Positions 10,541 through 21,320 of a stretch of 64,000 nucleotides of DNA are shown in pieces (positions within the stretch are counted from its first letter, which is position 1; each line of letters starts with the position of its first letter). The notes beneath the pieces were generated by a model. The model was given only the letters and a program-made list of their open reading frames with translations, was not told the DNA's origin and did no database searches. Source of the stretch: Promethearchaeota archaeon (lineage in GTDB: Archaea; Asgardarchaeota; Lokiarchaeia; Sigyniarchaeales; SOKP01). The stretch lies in assembly GCA_019058445.1 (NCBI GenBank), contig JAHPZA010000003.1, positions 420,919 to 484,918 of the forward strand, given 5' to 3'. The position numbers were made by a program, and so were the translations under genes.

Positions 10541-10676
10541 AATCTTTAAGAGCTATTCAATTTCAACCTAAATTTCATGGTTTTTGATCGAAAAACTATT
10601 TAAATATGTGAGATTTCTCAAATTTATTTCTTATGTAGTAATTTATATCTATAATATCAATAAGTGAAATATAATT

Positions 10677-12410
10677 ATGTCCAAAAAAGATTTAGACGGA
10701 GGAGACCTCTTAGTTAGAAGCCTATTGTCCGAAGGAGTTAAATATATATTTGGGATAACTGGAGGTGAGTTATTAAGAATATATGATGCAATTTATCGTT
10801 TTGGACGTAATGAGGGACTTGATACAATTATGGTCCGTCATGAACAAAACGGAGCTCATGCTGCGGATGCATATGCGAGGGCGACAGGAGAAATCGGAGT
10901 GTGTATGGGGACTGTTGGTCCTGGAGTTATGCATCTAATACCTGCCGTAGCGTCAGCATGGGCAGATTCAATTCCCTTATTAGTGATCGGAGCTCAGGTG
11001 GCCAAGATATTTGATAATACTGGAATTATTCAGGGGTATATTGATCAGATGGCTGCTATGAAACCAATCACGAAATTACAAATCAGCCTAGAAAATCCCA
11101 GTGAAATCCCAGAAGCGATACAAAAAGCAATTAAAACGGCCTTATCTGGGAGACGAGGTCCAGTTTATCTAGAGTTTCGAGAAACCGCGTTGGTAAGGGC
11201 TGCTAGTGAAGAGGATGTAAATAAAATTCAAGGTTCGCAACAATATCGTCAGAAAGTGAGGATTAAAGCTAAAGATGAGGATATTAAAGCAATAGTGAAT
11301 CTCCTTAAAACAGCTGAAAAGCCATTGATTATTGCCGGTGGTGGTACGTTAGCTTCAGAAGCATCTGGAGAAGTGAAAAAGCTTTCTACTAATTATATGA
11401 TCCCCACAGGGACAACAGTTAATGGTATAGGGTCGATATCAAGAGATGAAAGTACCTATGTAGGATCAATGTTCACTTTAAATGCTTTAAGAACAGCAGC
11501 ATCTAAGGCTGATATTGTTTTATCATTTGGGTGTAAATGGGATTACACCACCTTATTTGGAGATGTACCTTTCTGGAATAAAAACCAAAAACTCATTCAA
11601 GTCGATATTGATTCAAAAGAAATAGGAAAGAATAGGACTGCAGAAATTGGGATTGTCGCAGATGCTAAATCTGTGCTTCGTCAATTATTATTAGAAATGG
11701 AAAAAAGCCTTCCTAAGGAAAAAATCACTGAATGGTCAGAATGGAATGATTTCCTTCAAGAGTTTTATATCGCCGAACTGGCACAGAATGAGAAGTTTTT
11801 GAAATCAGATAAAAAACCTATGCTCCCTCAACGACTAGTATTAGAAATTTACAACTTTTTTCCACCAGAAACAATCTATACTATAGATGGAGGGGATATA
11901 ATGGCATTCTCTCATATGTTTATAAGCTATTTCTCAAGATTTCCTAGAAGCTACTTATATCCAGTTGGGATGGGCCATCTTGGAGTTGGCCTGCCTTATG
12001 CCATAGGGGCAAAATTAGCGAAGCCAAATAATCCTGTAGTCGCTATTACAGGAGATGGGAGTTTCCTTTTTTCCGCTCAAGAGTTAGATACAGCAGTAAG
12101 GTTTAATTTACCAATAATATGCATAATCTCGAACAATTCTTGTTGGGGAATGATAAAAGGAAACCAATATCTTAATTATGGTAAGCGATATTGCGACACT
12201 GATCTGCCTGCAACTAATTTCGCTGAAATAGCTAAAAGTTATGGATGTTATGCTGAAAAAATAACTAATCCTGATGAGTTCCAAGGCGCGCTTCAGCGGG
12301 CTGTTGATTCAAAAAGACCCGCAGTTATAGATGTGGATGTATCATTTGAGATTAATCCCGCAAGAAGAATGTTTGATCTTTATAAAAAAAGTAAAGGTTT
12401 ATATGGATAA
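10677..12410 (+). CDS. Thiamine-diphosphate-dependent enzyme (acetolactate synthase / 2-hydroxyacyl-CoA lyase-like)
   Basis: VRHEQNGAHAADAYAR, TVGPG, GDGSF...NNSCWG ThDP motif. Confidence 0.85.
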   Translation: MSKKDLDGGDLLVRSLLSEGVKYIFGITGGELLRIYDAIYRFGRNEGLDTIMVRHEQNGAHAADAYARATGEIGVCMGTVGPGVMHLIPAVASAWADSIPLLVIGAQVAKIFDNTGIIQGYIDQMAAMKPITKLQISLENPSEIPEAIQKAIKTALSGRRGPVYLEFRETALVRAASEEDVNKIQGSQQYRQKVRIKAKDEDIKAIVNLLKTAEKPLIIAGGGTLASEASGEVKKLSTNYMIPTGTTVNGIGSISRDESTYVGSMFTLNALRTAASKADIVLSFGCKWDYTTLFGDVPFWNKNQKLIQVDIDSKEIGKNRTAEIGIVADAKSVLRQLLLEMEKSLPKEKITEWSEWNDFLQEFYIAELAQNEKFLKSDKKPMLPQRLVLEIYNFFPPETIYTIDGGDIMAFSHMFISYFSRFPRSYLYPVGMGHLGVGLPYAIGAKLAKPNNPVVAITGDGSFLFSAQELDTAVRFNLPIICIISNNSCWGMIKGNQYLNYGKRYCDTDLPATNFAEIAKSYGCYAEKITNPDEFQGALQRAVDSKRPAVIDVDVSFEINPARRMFDLYKKSKGLYG

Positions 12411-12456
12411 TAATAACTCTTTTTTCTAATTTATCGATAATTCGTTTTTTTAACAC

Positions 12457-13389
12457 TTAAATTGGTTTGAAGGCATTAATTTTATTTAGATATGATAGAA
12501 TTTTTAAATATTGCCGATCCCGCTTTTTAAGTATTTCTTCTTCACTCATACCACCATAATCGTAAAATCCTTTGCTTGTTTTTGCTCCAAGATGCCCCTG
12601 ATCCACTCTATTTTTAATAAGTGAAACTTCTATACCTTTACTCTTAGAAATATCATTAACTAAATCAAGACCTGTAAAGTCCAAAGTTTGGACTACACCT
12701 ACAATAGGAAGGCGAATGCCTAGACTATGTTTAACGGCGGCATCAATCATTTCTGGAGTTGCGATTTTTCGTAATAATAGCTCAAAAACCACTCCGCTAA
12801 TAGCATTTTGAATCCTATTCACTATAAAAGAGTCTATATATTTGTTAAGCACGACTGGTTTTTTACCCAACCTTTCTATGAGTTTGACTGACAGTTCCAC
12901 AGTCTCTTTAGAAGTTTTTCTTCCGGCAACAATCTCAACGAGTGGGATAATATAAGGCGGGGCAAACCAATGCTGAATGACTAAACGCCCAGGATTTTTA
13001 ACCTTTACGATTTTAAAAATATCTAATGATGAAGTATTACTTGCTAGTATGCAGTTTTCAGAACAATATTCGTCTAATTGTGAAAAAACCTTCTCTTTTA
13101 GATCAGGAACCTCACTCACAGCCTCTACTACTAGATCTACACCTATGGTCGCTTCTTTAAGATCATTTGACGGTTTTATACGATTTAAAATGTTTGAAAT
13201 TTCATTCTTATTAACCCATTCGAATTCTGCTAAAACGTTTAAATTTGATTTAATTAAATTCATTGCTCGATTAAGAATGTCTTGATTTAGATCAACCAGA
13301 TTTACTTCTATACCTGCAGTTGCATATACTTGGGCAATTGAATGACCCATTGTACCTGCCCCAACTACTAGAATCTTCTTAATTTCCAT
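12457..13389 (-). CDS. 3-hydroxyacyl-CoA dehydrogenase family protein
   Basis: VVGAGTMG, VEAVSE, ASNTSS, HWFAPPYIIPLVE, FIVNRIQ; ATG 13389 preferred, GTG 13398 is an alternative. Confidence 0.85.
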   Translation of the reverse strand: MEIKKILVVGAGTMGHSIAQVYATAGIEVNLVDLNQDILNRAMNLIKSNLNVLAEFEWVNKNEISNILNRIKPSNDLKEATIGVDLVVEAVSEVPDLKEKVFSQLDEYCSENCILASNTSSLDIFKIVKVKNPGRLVIQHWFAPPYIIPLVEIVAGRKTSKETVELSVKLIERLGKKPVVLNKYIDSFIVNRIQNAISGVVFELLLRKIATPEMIDAAVKHSLGIRLPIVGVVQTLDFTGLDLVNDISKSKGIEVSLIKNRVDQGHLGAKTSKGFYDYGGMSEEEILKKRDRQYLKILSYLNKINAFKPI

Positions 13390-13484
13390 TTTTAGCACTT
13401 CTCCTAAATTTTCTATTTGTAATTTATTATTTAATTAAATAAAATAAGATTTTGTATAAAGTGAAGTTTGTATAAATATAACAA

Positions 13485-14678
13485 TTAGGCTTCAGGTCCA
13501 AGATGTTTAAGCATGACAAGATTATCACATTTACTCTCATTTTTTATTTCAATACCTTCACAAGCCGCATTATAAGTAACAAAAAGCTCATCATGAGTCA
13601 TTTGCTCGAATCGAATCATTGCAGGTGATTCAACCTCTAATCCTCCCACTTTCCCATGACCTTGAATAACAATAAGTCCATATGCACCACTTTCTTTAAT
13701 AGTAATAGTCTCTTTAGGATATACAGTTAATTCCTTAGCAGAATAAAACTCGGAATTATATACAACTAAATATTCTTCATAGCCTTCTTCTTTCATTTGT
13801 TCTATGGAACTTACCGGTTTCGGTTCCAAAAAACGATTTTGAAAGAATATTGGGTCCAAATTAAGATCCCAATCTATCAAATCAACAATATAATCGAGAT
13901 CTTTTTTACTTTCTTCAGGCACATTTTTTATTAAAAGATCCCAAGGTATGTATTTATCCCATGTAAAATTTTGAAACATCGCAAACACATCTGAGGCGAA
14001 TTGTGGTTCGTAAGTTAATAGAGTACCTGGTGCGTGTAAAACTCCCGGGGGGACATCCCATCCTGTGCCTGGTTTCAGTTTATATGCTTTTGAATGATAT
14101 AAAATGGCATTATCACCTTTTTCCCAATTTTCTAAGCATTTTTTAATATCATCTCGATTAGTCCCAGGATTTAGCCCAAAATAGGTATGTGGAAAGTAAG
14201 CCGGATGGTTGTTTAGCTGTTTCGGAAAATAATACCCTTCAGGTTTTCCTTTTTGCCCAACCTTTGCCGCCTTTTCGTTATCTTGATGTAAATGGAGAGG
14301 TAAGGGTTCCATATTATCAAAAAACTTAGCATACATTGTCCAACCTCCATATTTGTCCATTATAACGCTGCTTAAAATATCATCGCCGACATTTTCAATG
14401 GCATCTTTTAACAATATTTTCTCTTTTCGAGCACCATCCTCTATATAAATATAACTAAGGCCCTCATCTTCAAGAGTTAGCGGGCCGTTATCAGCTTTTG
14501 TTGTTGAAGCAAACCATCTCTCATCGATACCACCCCTATGAGTACCAAATGAATAATAATCATCAGGGTGTAATTTCAAACGTCTTCCGGGAACACAAAA
14601 TGAACGAGGTACCCAATTAGGACATAATCGAAGAATTCCTTTACCCTTTTTCAAGGCGATATTTAAATCATCTTTCAT
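13485..14678 (-). CDS. Cupin-fold, mannose-6-phosphate isomerase-like protein
   Basis: ERWFAS, KFFD..PLPLHLHQ, KPEGYYF, VPPGVLHAPG, YEPQFASD metal-binding cupin motifs. Confidence 0.7.
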   Translation of the reverse strand: MKDDLNIALKKGKGILRLCPNWVPRSFCVPGRRLKLHPDDYYSFGTHRGGIDERWFASTTKADNGPLTLEDEGLSYIYIEDGARKEKILLKDAIENVGDDILSSVIMDKYGGWTMYAKFFDNMEPLPLHLHQDNEKAAKVGQKGKPEGYYFPKQLNNHPAYFPHTYFGLNPGTNRDDIKKCLENWEKGDNAILYHSKAYKLKPGTGWDVPPGVLHAPGTLLTYEPQFASDVFAMFQNFTWDKYIPWDLLIKNVPEESKKDLDYIVDLIDWDLNLDPIFFQNRFLEPKPVSSIEQMKEEGYEEYLVVYNSEFYSAKELTVYPKETITIKESGAYGLIVIQGHGKVGGLEVESPAMIRFEQMTHDELFVTYNAACEGIEIKNESKCDNLVMLKHLGPEA

Positions 14679-14840
14679 TGTTTATCCTTTTTTAACATTA
14701 TATCTCTATTGTTATTTTAACTTTTGAGTTTTTATATCTGTTTACATTTTATTTTCAAAATCCCAAAGATACTCAAATTTAACTTCTGAATAAGATTTAA
14801 TAAATATATGATTTAAAATTTATTAGGGCTGATTCCCTAA

Positions 14841-16226
14841 ATGGATAATAATTATAAGGTAAAAGTAAAGAAAAATTTTCACTCAATATGCATACTATAT
14901 TTAACATTTAATATATGTGGCAACCTTTATGGCGTTAATATAGAAAATTTTTTATTCGATCTTCCTGGATCTACGCTATTCAATTTAGGTTTGGCAGTAG
15001 CAATTAGTCTCATTGTTAGTACGATAAGTATATTGATGTTTGGATATTATACGGATAAAATTTCCGAAAGATTCTTTTCAAGAAAAAAGATTTTTATCTT
15101 TACTAATCTATGCTGGATTTTAGGATTTGGTCTAAGACCTTTAGCACCTAATTATTATTTTTTTCTTATTGGAGTAGTTTTTGCCGCGTTTGGCGGAGGG
15201 GCTTTTTTGCCAATTGGATATGCAATAATTGGAGATTCTTATCCCCCAGAGGAAAGAGGAAAAAGTTTTGGTGGGATATATGTTGCATTGTTAATCGGAG
15301 TAGCTACGGGAAATATCTTTGGAGGTTTAATAGGATACATTTTAGGTGCTAGTGGATGGAGGGTCTCTTATGGTCTTGCTGGTTTTCTAGGCTTATTGGC
15401 ATTATTGTATTATATTAATACAGGAATAGATCTGGAACCCGGTCGTTCAGATCCGGAGTTTGAGGATTTTGAAGGCAAAATTTTTAGTGATTATAAGATA
15501 ACTCTTGATAATCTCTTACAAATATTTAAAAAAAAATCAATACTAGGTATCCTGCTTTATCAACTTTTTATGGGAGTCACTTTCGCGGTTAGTACTTGGA
15601 CCATTTTTTATTTAAGCAGCAAGATTAATGATGACAATGCTATAATAACCGTTGTGGCTATAGTTCTTTTGGGTCAAACGGGAGCGATTGCAGGAACTTT
15701 AGTAGGGGGTAGATTAGGAGACTTTTTTTATCGTTCGGAAAAATTAAGAGGTCGTGTGGTTATCTCAGTAGGTGGCCTTATTATAGGAGGAATTATTTTC
15801 TTGATATTTTACTTAATCCCTTTTAATACATCGACTCCATCACAGTATTTTTTTTCTTTCATAATTTTCGTGATACTTCACTGGGTAGGTAGTTTTTTAA
15901 CTTCACTTTGCGTTGGAAATATATACGCAATTTATTCGGAGGTTTCCGTTCCAGAATTGAGGGGGACAGCCAATGCATTTACCGGTGTCATGGCAAATAT
16001 AGGAGGCGTAATCGGCCAGTTAATCTTTTCTTATATAATTGAACGTGATGTGAAATTATTTCCATTTGCTATTTCGTTATTCATATCCGTATTTCTTTTT
16101 GGGACTCTTTTTTGGATAATTACATATATTTATTATCCACAGGAATCAAAAGAATTAAGAAATATAATGGTTGCTAGAAGAAAGGAATTAGATGAAAAAA
16201 GAGGTTTTAATCCACCTCAGGTTTAA
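14841..16226 (+). CDS. MFS transporter
   Basis: FGYYTDK, IGDSYPPEERGK, GWR, GGRLGD, EVSVPELRGTA; multiple TM segments. Confidence 0.85.
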   Translation: MDNNYKVKVKKNFHSICILYLTFNICGNLYGVNIENFLFDLPGSTLFNLGLAVAISLIVSTISILMFGYYTDKISERFFSRKKIFIFTNLCWILGFGLRPLAPNYYFFLIGVVFAAFGGGAFLPIGYAIIGDSYPPEERGKSFGGIYVALLIGVATGNIFGGLIGYILGASGWRVSYGLAGFLGLLALLYYINTGIDLEPGRSDPEFEDFEGKIFSDYKITLDNLLQIFKKKSILGILLYQLFMGVTFAVSTWTIFYLSSKINDDNAIITVVAIVLLGQTGAIAGTLVGGRLGDFFYRSEKLRGRVVISVGGLIIGGIIFLIFYLIPFNTSTPSQYFFSFIIFVILHWVGSFLTSLCVGNIYAIYSEVSVPELRGTANAFTGVMANIGGVIGQLIFSYIIERDVKLFPFAISLFISVFLFGTLFWIITYIYYPQESKELRNIMVARRKELDEKRGFNPPQV

Positions 16227-16360
16227 GAATCTTATAAAATTAATCTTTGATAAATAAAATTTACTTATTTGTAAAAAAATCAAATTTTAATTGTTTGAGG
16301 TGCTTATCTAAGTATTATAATTAAAAATTAGTGAAATTATTCAATTAAAAAAAGGATATC

Positions 16361-17887
16361 ATGATTATGAATAAGACAGATATTATTGAAACAAAATCCG
16401 GTAAGGTTCAAGGGTATAAAAGAGATGGAATACAAATTTTTAAGGGAATCCCTTATGCAGCCTCTCCTGTTGGTTCTTTACGTTTCAGCCCTCCAGCTGA
16501 GGGAGAACCTTGGACCAATATACATGATGCCACTAAATATGGACCTTATGTATATCAAGGATATACCCCCCTTGAGGCTTTGTTCGGAAAACCGGGATGG
16601 GAAAGCGAAACGGATAGTTTAACGTTAAATATTTGGACACCTAATACCGATAATAGTATACGTCCCGTAATGGTATGGATTCATGGAGGAGCTTTTATAA
16701 TGGGGGGTGGGGCTAATCCTGTCTATGAGGGATCGGCATTAGCTAAGCGTGGTAATGTCGTTGTAGTTACTATCAATTATCGATTAGGAGTCTTAGGATT
16801 CCTGAATACTACTGGCGTAACGGCCAATATTGGGATGTTAGATCAAATCGCTGCACTTAAATGGGTACATGAAAATATTGAAGCCTTTGGAGGTGATCCA
16901 AATAATATAACGATTTTTGGTGAATCTGCGGGAGGAATTTCTGTAATAACTCTTATGGCAATGCCAGCAGCTAGGGGACTTTTTCAACGTGTTATTGCTC
17001 AGAGTGCACCAATTCTCATGCCGAAGCCAGCAAAAAGTAGCAGTAAGAATTTATTCCAAAAATTAGGTATAGAGGAGGGAGATGTCGATGCTCTTCGTAA
17101 AGTTCCTCCTGAAAAAATAATTGACGCACAAAATAAGGTCTTAGCTAAAGCTGAAAAGGAAGGAACTTCAGAACTAATGGATTTTAGACCTAGTATTGAT
17201 GGAAATAATTTACCAGAACATCCCTTAGATGCATTAAAAAATGGAACAGGGAAAAATATTGATTTACTTATCGGATGTAATAAAGATGAGTATAAAATAT
17301 GGACAGGACTAGACCCTAGATTTAAAAAGATAAAAGAAGAATCTTTTCCAGGATTAGTATCAGCACTCTTAAGTAGAATGGATATTGAAGAAAGCAAGAG
17401 CCTAGAAATCCTTAATATATATCAAGACACTATGAAAGATATGACTTCTACTAATCCAATTGAAATTTTTGATGCTATTGGTACTGATTTTTTATTTCGT
17501 ATCGCTGAAATTCGATTTGCCGAAGCTCACCAGATCCATAACTCAAGTGTATTTAATTATTTATTTACCTGGCCATCACCAGCTTTTAAAGGCAGACTAG
17601 GAACTTGCCATGCTATGGAACTTCCTTTTGTCTTTGGTACACTTGACACACCTAAAGCTGATCTCTTTTTTGGTAAAGGTCCAGAAGCAATTATTCTGAG
17701 CGAAAAGATGATGGATTCTTGGATTGCATTTGCTCACACTGGAAATCCAAACCATGAGAATATTCCTGAATGGCCTAGATATAATCTTGAAAATAGGAAG
17801 ACAATGGTTTGTGGAAAAGAATTCAAAGTGGTTGAGAGATATCTTGATAAAGAACGTAAAGCTTGGGATGGACTTTTAGAAGCATAG
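16361..17887 (+). CDS. Type B carboxylesterase (para-nitrobenzyl esterase-like)
   Basis: FKGIPYA, WIHGG, NYRLG, FGESAGG nucleophile, CHAMELPFVFG. Confidence 0.92.
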   Translation: MIMNKTDIIETKSGKVQGYKRDGIQIFKGIPYAASPVGSLRFSPPAEGEPWTNIHDATKYGPYVYQGYTPLEALFGKPGWESETDSLTLNIWTPNTDNSIRPVMVWIHGGAFIMGGGANPVYEGSALAKRGNVVVVTINYRLGVLGFLNTTGVTANIGMLDQIAALKWVHENIEAFGGDPNNITIFGESAGGISVITLMAMPAARGLFQRVIAQSAPILMPKPAKSSSKNLFQKLGIEEGDVDALRKVPPEKIIDAQNKVLAKAEKEGTSELMDFRPSIDGNNLPEHPLDALKNGTGKNIDLLIGCNKDEYKIWTGLDPRFKKIKEESFPGLVSALLSRMDIEESKSLEILNIYQDTMKDMTSTNPIEIFDAIGTDFLFRIAEIRFAEAHQIHNSSVFNYLFTWPSPAFKGRLGTCHAMELPFVFGTLDTPKADLFFGKGPEAIILSEKMMDSWIAFAHTGNPNHENIPEWPRYNLENRKTMVCGKEFKVVERYLDKERKAWDGLLEA

Positions 17888-17958
17888 ATTCCTATTTTTT
17901 ATTTATATTTTTTTAGATTGCAGAAGTAGAAAAAAAATATAAAAAAAGTTTATTTTTT

Positions 17959-18903
17959 TTAAGAACCGAACAATTCTTGAGCAATATTTGCTGAATCTGC
18001 TTTTGTTTGAACTCCTTTTAATAATTCTGATTTTACCCGTTCAGCTAAAACTTGAGGAGTAAATGGCTCCCCATTGTTATCAATTCTATTAACTGGGTGC
18101 CATCCTTGGTACACCCAAACCTTATCTCCAATGCATCTAAAAACTTCTCCAGTGATACGTCGAGCTGCATCAGATGCGAGAAATACCACTAATGGAGCGA
18201 AATGGGCGGGATTAAACACATCAAAACCAGCTTTTGTCTTCATTTTCATAAATCCCGCCATTTTGGGGGTAGCATCAGTTCTCATTCGGGTACGTGCACT
18301 TGGCACAACACAATTGACTGTAGCATATTTTTTTAATTCCTGAGCAGTAATTACTGTGAAGGCCGCGATTCCTGCTTTAGCAGCTCCATAATTTGATTGT
18401 CCCATGTTTCCAATCAAACCAGAATCTGATGAAGTATTGATAATTCTTCCGAAATTTTTTAATTTGGGATTTGCTTTACCTTGTTCTCTAAAGTAAGCTG
18501 ATGCATGACGAGTCAAGTTAAATGTTCCCTTTAAATGAACTGCTATGACACCATCAAAATCGCTTTCTGCCATATTAAAGATCATTCGATCGCGCAAAAT
18601 ACCTGCATTATTAACCACAATATCGAGCTTTCCAAATTCCGATATCGCTTGGTCAACCATAGCTTTAGTTTTGTTAAAATCAGTAACAGATTCATAATTA
18701 GCAACCGCATTTGTCCCAAGTTGCTTACATTCTTCAACAATTTTATCGATAACCTTAGTTTCCGTTCCGGTTCCATCAAACGCACCACCAATATCGTTAA
18801 GAACTAGCTGGCAACCTTCTTTAGCCATCGCTATAGCTTCCTCTTTTCCTAGCCCTCTACCAGCGCCAGTTATCAAGGCAACTTTTCCATCTAGCATTCC
18901 CAT
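17959..18903 (-). CDS. SDR oxidoreductase (MFE-2/HSD17B4-like 3-hydroxyacyl-CoA dehydrogenase type)
   Basis: TGAGRGLG, LNDIGG, NNAGILRDR, VHLKGTF, GNMGQSNYGAAK. Confidence 0.88.
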   Translation of the reverse strand: MGMLDGKVALITGAGRGLGKEEAIAMAKEGCQLVLNDIGGAFDGTGTETKVIDKIVEECKQLGTNAVANYESVTDFNKTKAMVDQAISEFGKLDIVVNNAGILRDRMIFNMAESDFDGVIAVHLKGTFNLTRHASAYFREQGKANPKLKNFGRIINTSSDSGLIGNMGQSNYGAAKAGIAAFTVITAQELKKYATVNCVVPSARTRMRTDATPKMAGFMKMKTKAGFDVFNPAHFAPLVVFLASDAARRITGEVFRCIGDKVWVYQGWHPVNRIDNNGEPFTPQVLAERVKSELLKGVQTKADSANIAQELFGS

Positions 18904-18992
18904 TATATTTTACTTTTATCTTTGATAATTTATCTTATACTAATCTTTTATCATTATTCTTTTTAATAATTTATTGTAAAGTATTTCAAAAC

Positions 18993-19793
18993 CTAAAGAC
19001 CAGCATTAATAGTAAACGCTCCATCAATAACCAATTTCGCACCTGAGATATAATCGCTAGCTTTTGATGCAAGGAAAACAATCGCTCCTTTGATATCATC
19101 TCTAGTCCCAAAGCGTTTAATAGGTGTTAAATTTAATAAAGGGGGACCTATCATTTTATACATCGGACCATCTTTATCTTGAAGGAATTCCATCATACCC
19201 TCTTGCATATTGCCTGGCAGGATTGCATTGACTCGAATATTATATTTTCCCCATTCCACAGCTAAAGATCTCGTAAGACCAATGATTCCTATCTTTGATG
19301 TGGCATAAGCAGTAAAACCCGTTGAAAATCCAACTTGACCATTCTCACTAGAAAAATTGATAATATTCCCACTTTTTTGTTTAATCATAATTTTCCCTAC
19401 TTCTCTACAACAAAGGAAAGTCCCTGTTAGATTTGTATTCATAACCTTTTTCCAACGATCTAAGCTATAATTCTTGGAGGGTGACATTTCACCTATCCCA
19501 GCATTATTTACAAGAATGTCGCATTTGCCATAATGATCCTTCATAATTTGTACCATTTCTTTTACTTCTTTTTCATTAGTGATATCACATTTTATTTTAA
19601 TGCAATTTCTTCCAGATTTTCTCAATTTTTCAACTGCTTCATCCAATTTCCCATGAATATTCCTACCGCAAATTGCCACATCTGCACCTGCTTCTACCAT
19701 TCCTTCTGCAGCAAAATATCCTAAACCTTTTCCGCCCCCGGTAACGAGAGCAACTTTTCCATCTAGATTAAATAAATCAAACACATGAGTCAT
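18993..19793 (-). CDS. SDR oxidoreductase (gluconate 5-dehydrogenase-like)
   Basis: TGGGKGLG, NNAG, AYATSK, SLAVEWG, IRVNAILPG. Confidence 0.85.
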   Translation of the reverse strand: MTHVFDLFNLDGKVALVTGGGKGLGYFAAEGMVEAGADVAICGRNIHGKLDEAVEKLRKSGRNCIKIKCDITNEKEVKEMVQIMKDHYGKCDILVNNAGIGEMSPSKNYSLDRWKKVMNTNLTGTFLCCREVGKIMIKQKSGNIINFSSENGQVGFSTGFTAYATSKIGIIGLTRSLAVEWGKYNIRVNAILPGNMQEGMMEFLQDKDGPMYKMIGPPLLNLTPIKRFGTRDDIKGAIVFLASKASDYISGAKLVIDGAFTINAGL

Positions 19794-19904
19794 AGAATTA
19801 CCTCAATAGTAAAAATAAAAACTAATGATTATTAATAACTCCTCGTTAAAAGAATTAATAAATTTTTTAAAAAAAAATTAAAAATAAAAATATTAAAAGA
19901 TAAA

Positions 19905-21182
19905 TCATGCATCAAGATTTTCAAGTACAGTCGCTACTCCTTGACCCCCACCACAACAGGCATTAGCAACTCCATATCTAGCTTTTTTGTCCTTCAAAAT
20001 TCTTGCTAAAGTACCTGTGAGTCGTATCATAGTTGATCCTAATGGATGACCGATTGCCGTGGAGCCTCCCATTATATTAACCTTTTCCCAAGGGAGATTA
20101 AACTTATCCATACAATTTAATGTAACTATACAAAATGCTTCATTGATTTCCCAATAGTCAATTTCTTCAGCTGTTAAACCAGCATATTCTAAAGCTTTCC
20201 TAGTTGCGGGAACAGGTCCACGACCCATAGTCGAAGGATCAACCCCCGCCCAACCTATAGATACAATTCGAGCCATGGGCTCAAGCCCTCTCTTTTCAGC
20301 TTCCTTTGCTTCCATGCAAACTGCAGCTGTAGCTCCAGCATTTAGAGGAGAGGAACTTCCCACTGTTATAACCCCTTCTTTTGTACCTTCCCTTTCAATA
20401 TACCCTTTTCTTCCTCCGTTTTTTTTAAGATAAAAGGGTTGGGACAATCTAGGCAATTGGGATACCTTCTCTAAGGTGGACTTTCGAGCATTCATGTCTC
20501 TATCAACTATCATTGGCTCCTCAATATTTCCTTCTACGTGTCCTTCAAGGGGAATAATTTCACCTTTAAACCAGCCTGCCTCATGATTTTTGACAGTTAA
20601 ATTATGACTTCTTACCCCAAACTTATCCAAATCTTCTTTAGTAAATGTAGGTACTTCTTCTTCATATAATTTTTGGGCCGTTTGAAGCATATTAAAAGAG
20701 GTTGGCATGTCTAAATCAGGACGGTAAAATATAGTTTTTTTATCCATCATTTTTAAGTTTGGGTATGCACCTTTGCCCCTTACGCGCGTCATATGCTCAA
20801 ATCCTGTTGCTAATACACATTTATTATGTCCGGTCATAATTTCCATAATGCCAACATGCATTCCAGACCCTGCAGATCCACATTGCCTATCAATTGAGAA
20901 TGCTGAAGATTCGACTGGAAATCCGGCTAAGAATCCGGGTATTCTTCCACCATACGTCCAATTCTCTAATACTCCTGCAGCTACACCTACAGAGATCTCT
21001 TCAATATCTTTCCTTTCAATTCCTTTATTGGCAAGTTTCTCATCAAAAAATTTTATTAGTAATTCTGCGAGTAATTCATCGCCTCTTTTCTCTCCAAAAA
21101 CATCTCTCTCAGGTTGTTTTGGTCTGGAGCGCGAAAATGCCGTCCGGGCATAGTCCATTAACCATACTTCATTCATTTCCAT
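19905..21182 (-). CDS. Acetyl-CoA C-acyltransferase (degradative thiolase)
   Basis: DRQCGS catalytic Cys, EINEAF, GHPLG, ACCGGGQG. Confidence 0.9.
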   Translation of the reverse strand: MEMNEVWLMDYARTAFSRSRPKQPERDVFGEKRGDELLAELLIKFFDEKLANKGIERKDIEEISVGVAAGVLENWTYGGRIPGFLAGFPVESSAFSIDRQCGSAGSGMHVGIMEIMTGHNKCVLATGFEHMTRVRGKGAYPNLKMMDKKTIFYRPDLDMPTSFNMLQTAQKLYEEEVPTFTKEDLDKFGVRSHNLTVKNHEAGWFKGEIIPLEGHVEGNIEEPMIVDRDMNARKSTLEKVSQLPRLSQPFYLKKNGGRKGYIEREGTKEGVITVGSSSPLNAGATAAVCMEAKEAEKRGLEPMARIVSIGWAGVDPSTMGRGPVPATRKALEYAGLTAEEIDYWEINEAFCIVTLNCMDKFNLPWEKVNIMGGSTAIGHPLGSTMIRLTGTLARILKDKKARYGVANACCGGGQGVATVLENLDA

Positions 21183-21320
21183 AGATTTATCACTTATAGT
21201 TTTTTTCAGTTTATTTTTTCTTTTACATAAGTTAGATATAATAATTTAATATGATGATATAAAAAAAATTTTAGAAAATAATAAGTTTAAAAAAAAATTG
21301 AAAAAACATAAGAAATTAGC